A stretch of 64,000 bases of DNA from Clostridiales bacterium (GTDB lineage: Bacteria > Bacillota > Clostridia > Christensenellales > CAG-138). Every line of letters begins with the position of its first letter. The stretch's first letter is position 1. The notes under the pieces were generated by a model. The model was not told the DNA's origin. It did no database searches and saw only the letters and a program-made list of their open reading frames with translations. Location: NCBI GenBank assembly GCA_012838425.1, contig DUPG01000014.1:65541-129540 (forward strand), read 5' to 3'. Shown piece after piece: positions 17,959 through 26,491 of this stretch. Made by a program: the position numbers and the translations under genes.

Positions 17959-19751
17959 GAGTTATTTCTTAATGGGGTGTAGCCGTCCTTCTCATAAATA
18001 TTGAACAGCTGCTGCAGCTTCTTTATAAATTCAGCGTTTGATGAGGTTTTGTCAAGCAACGATATGAATTGCTCTGTAACCTCGTTGGGATTGCCGGTTG
18101 ACAGCACCCTGCGCAGCGTCATCATGCTCTCGTATTCCTCGGTAGTAAGCAAAAGGTCATCTCTGCGCGTGCCGGACTTGTAAATATCTATTGCGGGGAA
18201 TATGCGCTTCTCAGACAGCTTTCTGTCTAAGTGAATTTCCATATTGCCCGTACCCTTGAACTCCTCATAAATCATATCGTCCATGCGGCTGCCGGTTTCA
18301 ACAAGCGCGGTCGCGATAATGGTCAAGCTGCCGCCGCCCTCTATGTTTCTTGCCGCGCCGAAGAAGCGCTTTGGCTTGTATAGTGCGCTTGGGTCCATAC
18401 CGCCCGATAGCGTCTTGCCCGTTCCGGGAAGCGTTATGTTGTATGTGCGTACCAGTCTTGTAATAGAGTCCAACAGCACAACCACATCCTTGCCATGCTC
18501 AACAAGGCGCATAGCTCTTTCCATTACCATTTCAGCTACTTTTATGTGGTTATCGGGACGCTCGTCGAAGGTTGAGAAAAGCACCTCGCCCTTTGTTGAA
18601 CGCTGCATATCGGTTACTTCCTCGGGGCGCTCGTCAATCAAAAGCACTATCAAATGAACATCGGGATGATTTGCCGTAATACCGTTTGCGATATTTTTAA
18701 GAAGTGTAGTCTTACCTGCCTTGGGCTGGCTCACTATCAAGCCTCTCTGACCCTTGCCTATGGGAGCTATAAGGTCTATCAAGCGTATAGCCAAGTTATT
18801 GTCGCCCGCGTGCTCAAGCGTTAAGCGTTCGTTCGGGAATATAGGTACTAGCTCCTCGAAGGGCTTTCTGCTTCCCACGCTTTCGGGGTCGTCGCCGTTA
18901 ATTGCTGTAATGTAGTAAAGCGCTAAATATTTTTCGCCTTCCTTTGATTGGCGAGCCTTGCCTGCAATCCAGTCGCCTGTTTTTAGTCCGAAGCGTCTAA
19001 TCTGCGCGTTGGAAACATATATGTCGCGCGCCCCGGGCAAATAGTTATCCGAACGCAAAAAGCCGAATCCGTCTGTCAAAACTTCCAAAACGCCTTCGCA
19101 GATATGGAAATCATCGGGATCTTCAATTGTAGGTGGCTGCTGATAATATATCTGTGCCGCATCTGTGATTTCAGGTTCAGTCGGCTGTGGATAGAAGGGC
19201 TGCTGGTATGTGTCGCGCCTTTGATAAGGCTGTTGATATTGTTGATTGTATCCGGGCTGCTCGTAAGGGTTCATATCCTGATTGGGATGCGGATAGTTGC
19301 TGCCATAGTATGGCGTGCGCTGCTGGTATGTGTTATCCTGCCTGTACGGCTTCTTGTACGGCTGCTGATATTGAGTGCGCTGCTGATAAGGATAGTTGTT
19401 GCGATTAGGCGAATAGCCCGGGGTGTAGCCCTGCTGCGGCGGATATTGCCTTTGCTGCTGAGGGCGCATAGTGTGTTCCATCTGCGAAACGGGCGCTCTC
19501 ATAGGGTCCTCGTATATTTCCTGATGCGGAGGTGCATACGGAGCAGCAGGAGCCATTTGTTCCGGCTCAAGCTCCGGCTTTTGCGGTTCGGCTGTATCCG
19601 TGCTGTGAGAAGGCTTCTTAACAACGCCGCCTGCCATAATAATGTCGATAAGCTCGGATTTGCGATACTTGGTGATTGATTTTACACCCTGTGCCTTCGC
19701 AATCTCACGAAGATCCATCAAACTTTTTTCTTCTAAAATCTCTCTGGTCAT
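17955..19751 (-). CDS. rho: Transcription termination factor Rho with a long low-complexity N-terminal insertion
   Basis: Rho_N ([25 protein letters not shown]), CSD-like RNA-binding domain, Walker [10 protein letters not shown], conserved C-terminus. Residues 45-212 are Q/Y/P/N-rich. Confidence 0.95.
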   Translation of the reverse strand: MTREILEEKSLMDLREIAKAQGVKSITKYRKSELIDIIMAGGVVKKPSHSTDTAEPQKPELEPEQMAPAAPYAPPHQEIYEDPMRAPVSQMEHTMRPQQQRQYPPQQGYTPGYSPNRNNYPYQQRTQYQQPYKKPYRQDNTYQQRTPYYGSNYPHPNQDMNPYEQPGYNQQYQQPYQRRDTYQQPFYPQPTEPEITDAAQIYYQQPPTIEDPDDFHICEGVLEVLTDGFGFLRSDNYLPGARDIYVSNAQIRRFGLKTGDWIAGKARQSKEGEKYLALYYITAINGDDPESVGSRKPFEELVPIFPNERLTLEHAGDNNLAIRLIDLIAPIGKGQRGLIVSQPKAGKTTLLKNIANGITANHPDVHLIVLLIDERPEEVTDMQRSTKGEVLFSTFDERPDNHIKVAEMVMERAMRLVEHGKDVVVLLDSITRLVRTYNITLPGTGKTLSGGMDPSALYKPKRFFGAARNIEGGGSLTIIATALVETGSRMDDMIYEEFKGTGNMEIHLDRKLSEKRIFPAIDIYKSGTRRDDLLLTTEEYESMMTLRRVLSTGNPNEVTEQFISLLDKTSSNAEFIKKLQQLFNIYEKDGYTPLRNNS

Positions 19752-20091
19752 AAAATTCCCTACTTCTTTGCTTTTTTATTTTTTATTTTGTGAAAATTGG
19801 TTTACACACAAATTCGCTTAATAGGTACACTAATAGCGTAAGACATACGCATCTGATTTAATTATAATCATTATTGGTGGCCAATTAATCACAAACCTAA
19901 TAACATTAAATCTATTTTAATATGTATTATATGCGCATGTCAACCGGTTTATAATAATAGATAGATATATTTTGTTCTGCTTATACCTTAATTAAAGGCT
20001 TAGCAGTATAGTAATTATACGCAGGTCTGTAAAATATTATACCAATTGAAATCAAATAATATTCGAATTAGAACTTCAGTACTTTTTTATA

Positions 20092-20125
20092 TAAGAACAA
20101 ACGCCCTCAAAAGCATTTTGAGAGC
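20092..20125 (-). terminator. Probable terminator of rpsT
   Basis: ctcaaaa/ttttgag stem. On the minus strand it is followed by GTTTGTTCTT. Confidence 0.5.
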
Positions 20126-20151
20126 GCGGCATAGATTTCACAGCAAGTGAA

Positions 20152-20412
20152 TTATTGAGCGTTCAACATCTTTGCTAACTGGGCTTTTCTTCTGTTAGCT
20201 GCGTTCTTATGTATTGCACCCTTTGAAGCAGCCTTGTCTGCCTTGCTTACAGCAGCTATATATGCAGCCTTCAAAGCCTCTGCATCGCCTGATTCGCGAG
20301 CGGCTTTAACTCTTTTTATAGCAGTGCGCATAGAAGAAATAAGCATACGGTTGCGCAAATTACTCTTTCTTGAAGTCTTAATACGCTTTATCGCAGACTT
20401 AATATTTGCCAA
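20152..20412 (-). CDS. rpsT: 30S ribosomal protein S20
   Basis: TTG start at 20412 is preceded by GGGGGTG. The product reads (M)ANIKSAIKRIKTSRK... Confidence 0.9.
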   Translation of the reverse strand: MANIKSAIKRIKTSRKSNLRNRMLISSMRTAIKRVKAARESGDAEALKAAYIAAVSKADKAASKGAIHKNAANRRKAQLAKMLNAQ

Positions 20413-20513
20413 ATTATTCACCCCCTGTATTTTTATCAACGATGGGAATTATAACACGCCCGAATAATCAATGCAAGCGTTTTTTCAGAGAATTTTAATT
20501 ATATACAAGCAAA

Positions 20514-21023
20514 TTACTCTCTTTCGCTTGCGTATTTGCACATTAGAACATATACAGCGGATGATAATCTGTTCAATGCCAGTGAAATTTTCTCAAAAAC
20601 CTCGCCCTTGTTCAAATCCGCATTCGCTCTAATATACGCCCTTTCACATTCTCTGATATGAGTTCTAAGCAGGTTCAGATATGCAAGTGCGACTCCGCTT
20701 TCAGGCTTAGGCACAAAATGCCCTTTCCTGAAATACTTTTGCGGGTTGTGCGACATCTCGTGAAGAGCATCCATATCCAAGCCCATTACGCTTTGAAGCT
20801 TAGGAGCTTCGCCTGCAAAGTCCGCGCGCATAACCTCCATAAGCCCTTTTGTAACCTCGTTCACATACTCTGAGAACTCAGGGTCGCCGTCAGAAAAGAA
20901 AAGCGCAGCGCATAATGCCGAGCTCGCTATCGCGGAGTCAAGCTTGCCTCTGAATTCAATTCGCGGGTCGTCTTTTCTTACAAATTCGTTTATGTAAAGC
21001 TCTGTGTATGTTGAATCACGCAT
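20514..21023 (-). CDS. Cob(I)alamin adenosyltransferase-like protein (PduO/EutT-like Cob_adeno_trans fold), tentative
   Basis: KDDPRIEFRGKLDS, LRTHIRECER and LNRLSSAVYVL parallel the PduO motifs (KNDPRV..GEVDE, RRAER, INRLSDYFF). Confidence 0.5.
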   Translation of the reverse strand: MRDSTYTELYINEFVRKDDPRIEFRGKLDSAIASSALCAALFFSDGDPEFSEYVNEVTKGLMEVMRADFAGEAPKLQSVMGLDMDALHEMSHNPQKYFRKGHFVPKPESGVALAYLNLLRTHIRECERAYIRANADLNKGEVFEKISLALNRLSSAVYVLMCKYASERE

Positions 21024-21142
21024 AGTTTTCTCCTAATACTTGATTTTTCTACATTAGCATAGTTTAGAGTATCCTGCAAATGCGTTTGTTTATGTAATCT
21101 TTAATAAATAACTTAAAAGTTAAGTTTTTTTACAATTAAGTG

Positions 21143-21171
21143 TTGACAAAAGCATTTTATTACAATAAAAT
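21143..21171 (+). promoter_or_regulatory. Near-consensus sigma-A promoter driving the small RNA below
   Basis: TTGACA (21143-21148), 17 nt, TAAAAT (21166-21171). An A/T-rich segment lies upstream. Confidence 0.6.
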
Positions 21172-21177
21172 ATAGTT

Positions 21178-21259
21178 GAGTCCTTATGAAAATCCGCCTC
21201 GCCCCCCGGCGATAAAGCCCCCATCTCCCGGTTTTCAAGGACTCACTTTTTTTATTTTT
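21178..21259 (+). ncRNA. Candidate ~80-nt small RNA: a long hairpin with a C-rich interior and an intrinsic terminator
   Basis: GAGTCCTT (21178-21185) pairs with AAGGACTC (21237-21244). Inner pairs are gaaaa/ttttc and ccg/cgg. The interior holds CCCCCC, CCCCC and CUCCC runs. TTTTTTTATTTTT follows. No plus-strand CDS lies downstream. Confidence 0.5.
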
Positions 21260-21435
21260 GGCAATAGCAATGCTTAACACTTGGTAGCAATATAATTCGA
21301 TTTACTTTATTTATCACAAAAAAACTGATTAGCAATAAAATATGAGATGAATTCAAGAAGTATTATAATTTTTTGCGCAATAAAACCTATAAGCACTGTT
21401 CGTGCCATTTTGAAAGGGAAAGCTAAATTTTTATG

Positions 21436-22083
21436 CTATCTGCATCTAATGTTCGCAGTTGTGCGCGACATAGTTGCTGTAACATTGTTTTCGGTAAACA
21501 GGAATGTAGCCGTCACCCTATAATATCCGCGCGATAGCATATTAGACCTTATCGCTGAATAATAGTATGATTCGGAATTATACACATAACTGTTTCCTAT
21601 TCCGAAAACCGTCATCCATCTGCCGCCGCTATAGTATTGCAGCCTTAAAGAAGCTAAGCCCATCTTATAGACAGGACGGCGCGACAGCATGGCAGCCGAA
21701 ACGCAAATCTTACCCGGGCCGAAGCTGTTAATTGACAGCATTGCCGAACGCAATATAGTCTGTAATTGCGGCGACTTCATATCGTCGGTTTCGATTTCGG
21801 GCGCAGACCATGTTATAACGCTTGAATAAGTCGAAGAATACGATGATTCTCTAAGCCTTGAAAAAGCGTCAACATCTTTTTTGCGCAACACACTAAACCC
21901 AGAATCAGAAAAGAGCAAATCCTGCGAGCTGATTCCGAAATCCAACCTGCTGTCAGAAGCTAATCCGGGCTTCACAGCACCTTTCGCGCTATTCACTGCG
22001 AGTGATGCGTTAGCAGGCAAAAGCACAACCATTAGGCTCAATGTAACGAGCATTAGCACAACCGTTCTTTTTGCCTTACTCAT
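21436..22083 (-). CDS. Secreted protein of unknown function (signal peptide)
   Basis: AAGGAGGG RBS. N-terminus is MSKAKRTVVLMLVTLSLMVVLLPANA. Last gene of the sigma/anti-sigma unit. Confidence 0.6.
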   Translation of the reverse strand: MSKAKRTVVLMLVTLSLMVVLLPANASLAVNSAKGAVKPGLASDSRLDFGISSQDLLFSDSGFSVLRKKDVDAFSRLRESSYSSTYSSVITWSAPEIETDDMKSPQLQTILRSAMLSINSFGPGKICVSAAMLSRRPVYKMGLASLRLQYYSGGRWMTVFGIGNSYVYNSESYYYSAIRSNMLSRGYYRVTATFLFTENNVTATMSRTTANIRCR

Positions 22084-22101
22084 ATTCGCACCCTCCTTAT
22101 T

Positions 22102-22956
22102 CTATTGCATATAGAGCATGCTGAGCAGCTCTAATAATTCCTCACCCTCTATGTCGGTAATAATATGATATACGGAGTTCTCAATGTTCCAAATAACTGC
22201 CGTTTCACCTTCGTTATATGTAATTATATGCTCTATGCCATTTATGCTTACAGCGTCGTATTCGCCTGTCTTGCTCTCGGCTGTGATTACGAAGGCAGTA
22301 TCGGCACTTGGGAACATATTATATGTATAGTAAAAATAGTTACCGCTATCGTTTTGATATTCAATAGACAGCGAAATATTCGCGCCACTGCCTGCACCTA
22401 ATATATTATGTATCCTAAAATTATAGTTTGTCAAGTCGAAAATAAGGGGATTTATTCGAAGCTCAGCACAAGCATCGTCAATACTATTGTATTCTTTATA
22501 TCCATTTGAAGGTGTGGTCGGGAACTCTATCGGGTCGGGAGTATTGCCGGGGTTGCTTTTGCCCGAATAGTCTATATAGCCTATTTGCCCAGTTATAATA
22601 GTCTTCCATACATCTATGCCGAAAGCGTAGGCTATGCCAGTTGAAGCGGCTATGAATATTATTATCGCCAACGAATAAGCAAGCACCCTGCGTGCAAGCG
22701 TATGCACGCAAGGCTGCTTTGCTTCTGTGCGCCTGCCCCCCCTCAATAAAGCCTGCGCATAGGATATGGTATCTAAACATTCAGACATCAGAGCCGCATC
22801 GCGTTCATGCTCATCTTTGCTTAACTCGCTCCAGTAAATTTCTTCGCAGGAACTAATCAAGCGTTTTAGATCGCCATATCGACATCTCTTATTCGGTTTT
22901 CCCCCAAATAATCGCATTATCTCTATCTCCCTATCTAAATAGCGCAGCTTTTTCAA
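22102..22956 (-). CDS. Putative anti-sigma factor: single-pass membrane protein with a DUF4367-like extracellular domain
   Basis: Cytoplasmic N-terminus, TM helix VLAYSLAIIIFIAASTGIAYAF, C-terminal ..VIWNIENSVYHIITDIEGEELLELLSML. An alternative start at 22917 (ATG after AGGGAG) is possible. Confidence 0.6.
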   Translation of the reverse strand: MKKLRYLDREIEIMRLFGGKPNKRCRYGDLKRLISSCEEIYWSELSKDEHERDAALMSECLDTISYAQALLRGGRRTEAKQPCVHTLARRVLAYSLAIIIFIAASTGIAYAFGIDVWKTIITGQIGYIDYSGKSNPGNTPDPIEFPTTPSNGYKEYNSIDDACAELRINPLIFDLTNYNFRIHNILGAGSGANISLSIEYQNDSGNYFYYTYNMFPSADTAFVITAESKTGEYDAVSINGIEHIITYNEGETAVIWNIENSVYHIITDIEGEELLELLSMLYMQ

Positions 22957-22985
22957 AAAAAGCGGGGTAACAAAAAAATATATTT

Positions 22986-23516
22986 TTACAGGTTCAAACC
23001 TGATACTATCTGCTTTATTTTCAGCTCTAACTTTATCAATCTCATTCGCGCAGCGCTTTCGGATAACGAAATCTGCTCGGCTATTTCCTTGATAGTCAGC
23101 TTTTTTTCGAAGCGCAGCGAATACAGCTCATACTCCTCTATTGTGAGCTTGCGCAATACTAATTCCTTAGTCTTTTCAATATCGATTTCATTATAGCTTT
23201 CTTCTTCAAATTCATGAACATACTGCAATGCTGCAATATATCGTTCGGAAGCATCGTCTATATAGATTTCTCTTTTCTGCTTCTTAGCTTTTTTTCTGAG
23301 AGCGCGCTTTATTCTATACTGCGCGGTTACTTTAAGCCAGCCGACAATGTTAGGATGATTTTGTAATTTAGAAGTGTTTTTTTGGGCTTCCTCAAAAACC
23401 GCGTTGGTGCAATCCGCAGCGGCTTCGTCATCTCCGTTTAGCATAGCGAGGCAGTAAGAAAAAATAGAGGTGTAGTAGTCGTGATACAGTTTATTCAAAA
23501 AGGCATCGTTAGCCAA
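22986..23516 (-). CDS. Sigma-70 family (ECF-like) RNA polymerase sigma factor
   Basis: 176 aa. Region 2 (YYTSIFSYCLAML), region 4 HTH (LTIKEIAEQISLSESAARMRL). TTG start follows GGGGAGG. Confidence 0.75.
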   Translation of the reverse strand: MANDAFLNKLYHDYYTSIFSYCLAMLNGDDEAAADCTNAVFEEAQKNTSKLQNHPNIVGWLKVTAQYRIKRALRKKAKKQKREIYIDDASERYIAALQYVHEFEEESYNEIDIEKTKELVLRKLTIEEYELYSLRFEKKLTIKEIAEQISLSESAARMRLIKLELKIKQIVSGLNL

Positions 23517-23552
23517 TTACAACCTCCCCGCTGCCCTTTTTCGTGAACAGAA

Positions 23553-24266
23553 TTACTCTATTACGCCATTTATGTATTCGGGAACAACATCGGTTACATC
23601 TTTTGAGAAGCAAAACTTAATATCGTCCTGAAAGCCTAATTCGACCAAGCGCGACCAATGCGTAGTTTTTGAAAGGTCTAAGCTTCCCTTATCCCAGCTC
23701 TTGTACAGGCTTTGACATACAAAAGCCATATCGCTCTGTTCTATTTTGCCGTCATATGTCTTATGTATAGCGTCTATAATAGCGCCTGCTGCGCACAGAT
23801 CATCTGCCGAAATCTCATCGTCTGTGCCTGCGCAGATAATTAAGACATCGTCATTCGATTTTGCCACGCGCTTGGCAACGGCGCTCATATTTATCATGCC
23901 GCCTATAAGCACGCTTTTCGCGCCCTTTGCGCCATTGATAACCTTTGTGCCGTTAGATGTGCTGATAACTATTGTTTTGTTAGCGACAACCTCGGGAGAG
24001 AACTCAGAAGGTGAGTTGCCTATATGAAAATCGGGGTGCTTCACTCCGCCGATTTCGCCAGCTAAAACTACATCGGGTGAATCGAGTTTGCTGAGAATCG
24101 TAGCCGCTTCGCCTGCGTCAGTAGCAGGGATTATCTTACCCGCACCATTCTTTACTGCCCAAATAATGCTGGTAGATGAGCGCAGCACATCGATAACTAT
24201 TACAGTCCGCCCCGAAACCCTGCTGTCAATTAGTTTACTGAACTTTGGGTAAACATCTATGCGCAT
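23553..24266 (-). CDS. comB: 2-phosphosulfolactate phosphatase (ComB) family protein
   Basis: VIVIDVLRSSTSI and GNSP motifs. ATG 24266 is preceded by GGAGG. Confidence 0.7.
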   Translation of the reverse strand: MRIDVYPKFSKLIDSRVSGRTVIVIDVLRSSTSIIWAVKNGAGKIIPATDAGEAATILSKLDSPDVVLAGEIGGVKHPDFHIGNSPSEFSPEVVANKTIVISTSNGTKVINGAKGAKSVLIGGMINMSAVAKRVAKSNDDVLIICAGTDDEISADDLCAAGAIIDAIHKTYDGKIEQSDMAFVCQSLYKSWDKGSLDLSKTTHWSRLVELGFQDDIKFCFSKDVTDVVPEYINGVIE

Positions 24267-24366
24267 TACGACCTCCAATTTGCAAGTCCTCAAGTATTAT
24301 AGCACTCTAATATCGCTTTTGGCAATCAATATTACTTGTGTATATTTGATTCACAATCAAATAATT

Positions 24367-25698
24367 TCATTCAATACAGGTTATTTTATCGCCCATGACT
24401 GCCGTAATACGCTTTTTCGCCGGCTCAAAATACTTGGATTTATGCCCTGCGCTGTATTTTTCAACGACCGGAAGTATTAGGTAGTCCTTCTCTAAGAATG
24501 TAGTGAAAACTCTGCAAGGGATATACCCTTCCTCTGCAATTACTATTTTTCCGTTTTCGTTTTTAAGCACTAAGCGCAAAATGATAGTGTCCTTATTTAC
24601 AGTTTTCTTCATATGCGAAACGAAATTGCCCATAGAATACACCACAGGCACCTTTCTGCCGTCCTTCGCGGGCAACACATCATACTTCTGCAATGCGTGC
24701 GGGTGTGAGCCTATTATGTAGTCAACTCCGCTGTCCGCCATTTCCTGCGCGTATCTGACTTGCTTATCTGTTACTTCGTTTGTGTGCTCTCTGCCCCAGT
24801 GATTGTACGCTATTATGAACTGCGCGCCCAACTCTTTCGCTTTCTTTACATCTGCTTCAACGCGTTCTTTAGAATACTTGTTTAACAGAATATCTACACC
24901 CTCGTCGGTAAAGTAGTATTCCTTATTGTTATACCATGTTGCATATGCCATTACGGCAATCTTAATTCCGTTTACATCTATAATCAAAAAGCGCTGCTCG
25001 TTTTCAGAGGTAAACAGCCCTGTATGCATAAAGCTGTATTTATCAAGCTGCGATATGGTTTCGAATATGCCATGAACTCCCGTATCGGCGGAGTGATTGT
25101 TTGCATTAACAAGCAGGTCGAAGCCTGCGTATTTTAGCGCGTCTAAATATGTTGCGGGCGCGTTGCAGAAGGGCTTGCCGTCAACCTTGTTAAGCTCGCT
25201 CATATACGGTGCTGTCGAATCCAGCATGGTTTCTAAGTTGCCCACAACTAAATCCGCTTCGGAAAAAATGTCTTTGACTATTGAAAAGCTCTCGGTAAAG
25301 TCATATTCGCCGTCTTTGTATGCGGCTTCCTGCTGCCTGCCCTGACACATAAGGTCGCCTACGAACATAAGCACCGCGCTGTCAGACCTTTCCCAGTTAG
25401 TATATACGCCATTTACAAATGAGTAACGCGATTCAGGTATAGGGTATAAAGGTTTGGGCGCGGCTCTGTCTAAAACATCATAGCTTGGATGCTCTTTTTG
25501 ATATGTAGCTATAGCCCATTCTATGTAGTCGGGCGAATATGTGGTTTGCGGCGCATGAGTAGGCGTGGGCATCAGATAGGGCGTAATGCTCGGCGTACTG
25601 TATGGGGTAGGAATATTGCTTATGACAGTACGGCTTGTGCAGCCTGAAAGCGTCGCAATTATTATTATGAATAGCAGTAGTCGCTTGAACCGTTTCAT
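24367..25698 (-). CDS. CapA family (PGA_cap metallophosphatase-like) lipoprotein
   Basis: Lipobox LSGC. MFVGDLM, GNLE and HWGRE motifs. Confidence 0.75.
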   Translation of the reverse strand: MKRFKRLLLFIIIIATLSGCTSRTVISNIPTPYSTPSITPYLMPTPTHAPQTTYSPDYIEWAIATYQKEHPSYDVLDRAAPKPLYPIPESRYSFVNGVYTNWERSDSAVLMFVGDLMCQGRQQEAAYKDGEYDFTESFSIVKDIFSEADLVVGNLETMLDSTAPYMSELNKVDGKPFCNAPATYLDALKYAGFDLLVNANNHSADTGVHGIFETISQLDKYSFMHTGLFTSENEQRFLIIDVNGIKIAVMAYATWYNNKEYYFTDEGVDILLNKYSKERVEADVKKAKELGAQFIIAYNHWGREHTNEVTDKQVRYAQEMADSGVDYIIGSHPHALQKYDVLPAKDGRKVPVVYSMGNFVSHMKKTVNKDTIILRLVLKNENGKIVIAEEGYIPCRVFTTFLEKDYLILPVVEKYSAGHKSKYFEPAKKRITAVMGDKITCIE

Positions 25699-25701
25699 AG
25701 C

Positions 25702-26472
25702 TTAGAACCCTTTTCTGACAGGAACGAATGCCGAATCCCAGAACATCAGCACTCCCTCGTATTTTTCAGCAGCCGTTATTATACCCGTTGTAACTGCGTC
25801 AATCTCGTGCTTGTTAAGCGAAGAAATCTTGTGCACCACAACCCCATGCGGCTGTTCATATTCCATAGTGAATTCCGCTTCGCCAATAGCATAGCCGGCA
25901 AGCCGCGCTTCCTCCTCAAACAGAATCCTCAAAGGCTCGGAAGGAAAGTACATATGCAGATTTATTTTTCTTGGAGCATCTATGTTGTCGCCGCGTCGCT
26001 TATAGGCTAATATTTGCTCTCTGTTAAGCTCGGTATGGCGTTTTGCGGCATTGGGATATAAAACTGTGGTGTAAAAGCTGTGCTTCTCGTCTTGCCTGCA
26101 ATCCAAAGCAATGCGTTTATGCGCTTTGAACATGTTTTCAAGCACGCCCAAGTTGTCGCAATTATCTGTATAAAAGTAGTATCGCACTATGTTCATTGTT
26201 TCTATAAAGCCTACATAGCTTATGTTCAAGCCCTTTTTTTTAATATTTACTATGCTGTTTTTCGCTCTTTCATAGGCTTTCAGCTCTGAAATCTTTAATT
26301 CGTTATGCTTAGAAGTGCATACCATGGTAATCAGCGATTTGCCGTGCTTGTCCAATTCCGAAAAAAAGTCTTGGTCAACGCCGAACAAAGCATCTGCGCC
26401 CTCAAATTGCCAGTCATACTCAAACCAGTTATTAAGCTTTTTTGGCTTAGACAGCTTCTTTGCTTTTGACAT
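25702..26472 (-). CDS. DUF695 / RraB (regulator of ribonuclease activity B)-like fusion protein
   Basis: The C-terminal half, NREQILAYKRRGDNIDAPRKINLHMYF, resembles the RraB signature. The N-terminal half is DUF695-like. Confidence 0.5.
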   Translation of the reverse strand: MSKAKKLSKPKKLNNWFEYDWQFEGADALFGVDQDFFSELDKHGKSLITMVCTSKHNELKISELKAYERAKNSIVNIKKKGLNISYVGFIETMNIVRYYFYTDNCDNLGVLENMFKAHKRIALDCRQDEKHSFYTTVLYPNAAKRHTELNREQILAYKRRGDNIDAPRKINLHMYFPSEPLRILFEEEARLAGYAIGEAEFTMEYEQPHGVVVHKISSLNKHEIDAVTTGIITAAEKYEGVLMFWDSAFVPVRKGF

Positions 26473-26491
26473 AATCCTTCACATTTAATAA

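Noticed and set aside
19104-19679. 191-aa plus-strand ORF (and a nested 73-aa ORF) rich in L/R/I/C.
   Set aside because: It is the exact antisense of the low-complexity Q/Y/P region of rho. The open frame is a by-product of the repetitive CAG/TAC/CCG codons on the other strand. It has no RBS and no recognisable fold.
21186-21215. 9-codon mini-ORF (MKIRLAPRR) inside the candidate sRNA, considered as a leader peptide.
   Set aside because: It has no SD and lies inside the main stem. No downstream plus-strand gene exists for it to regulate. It is probably fortuitous.
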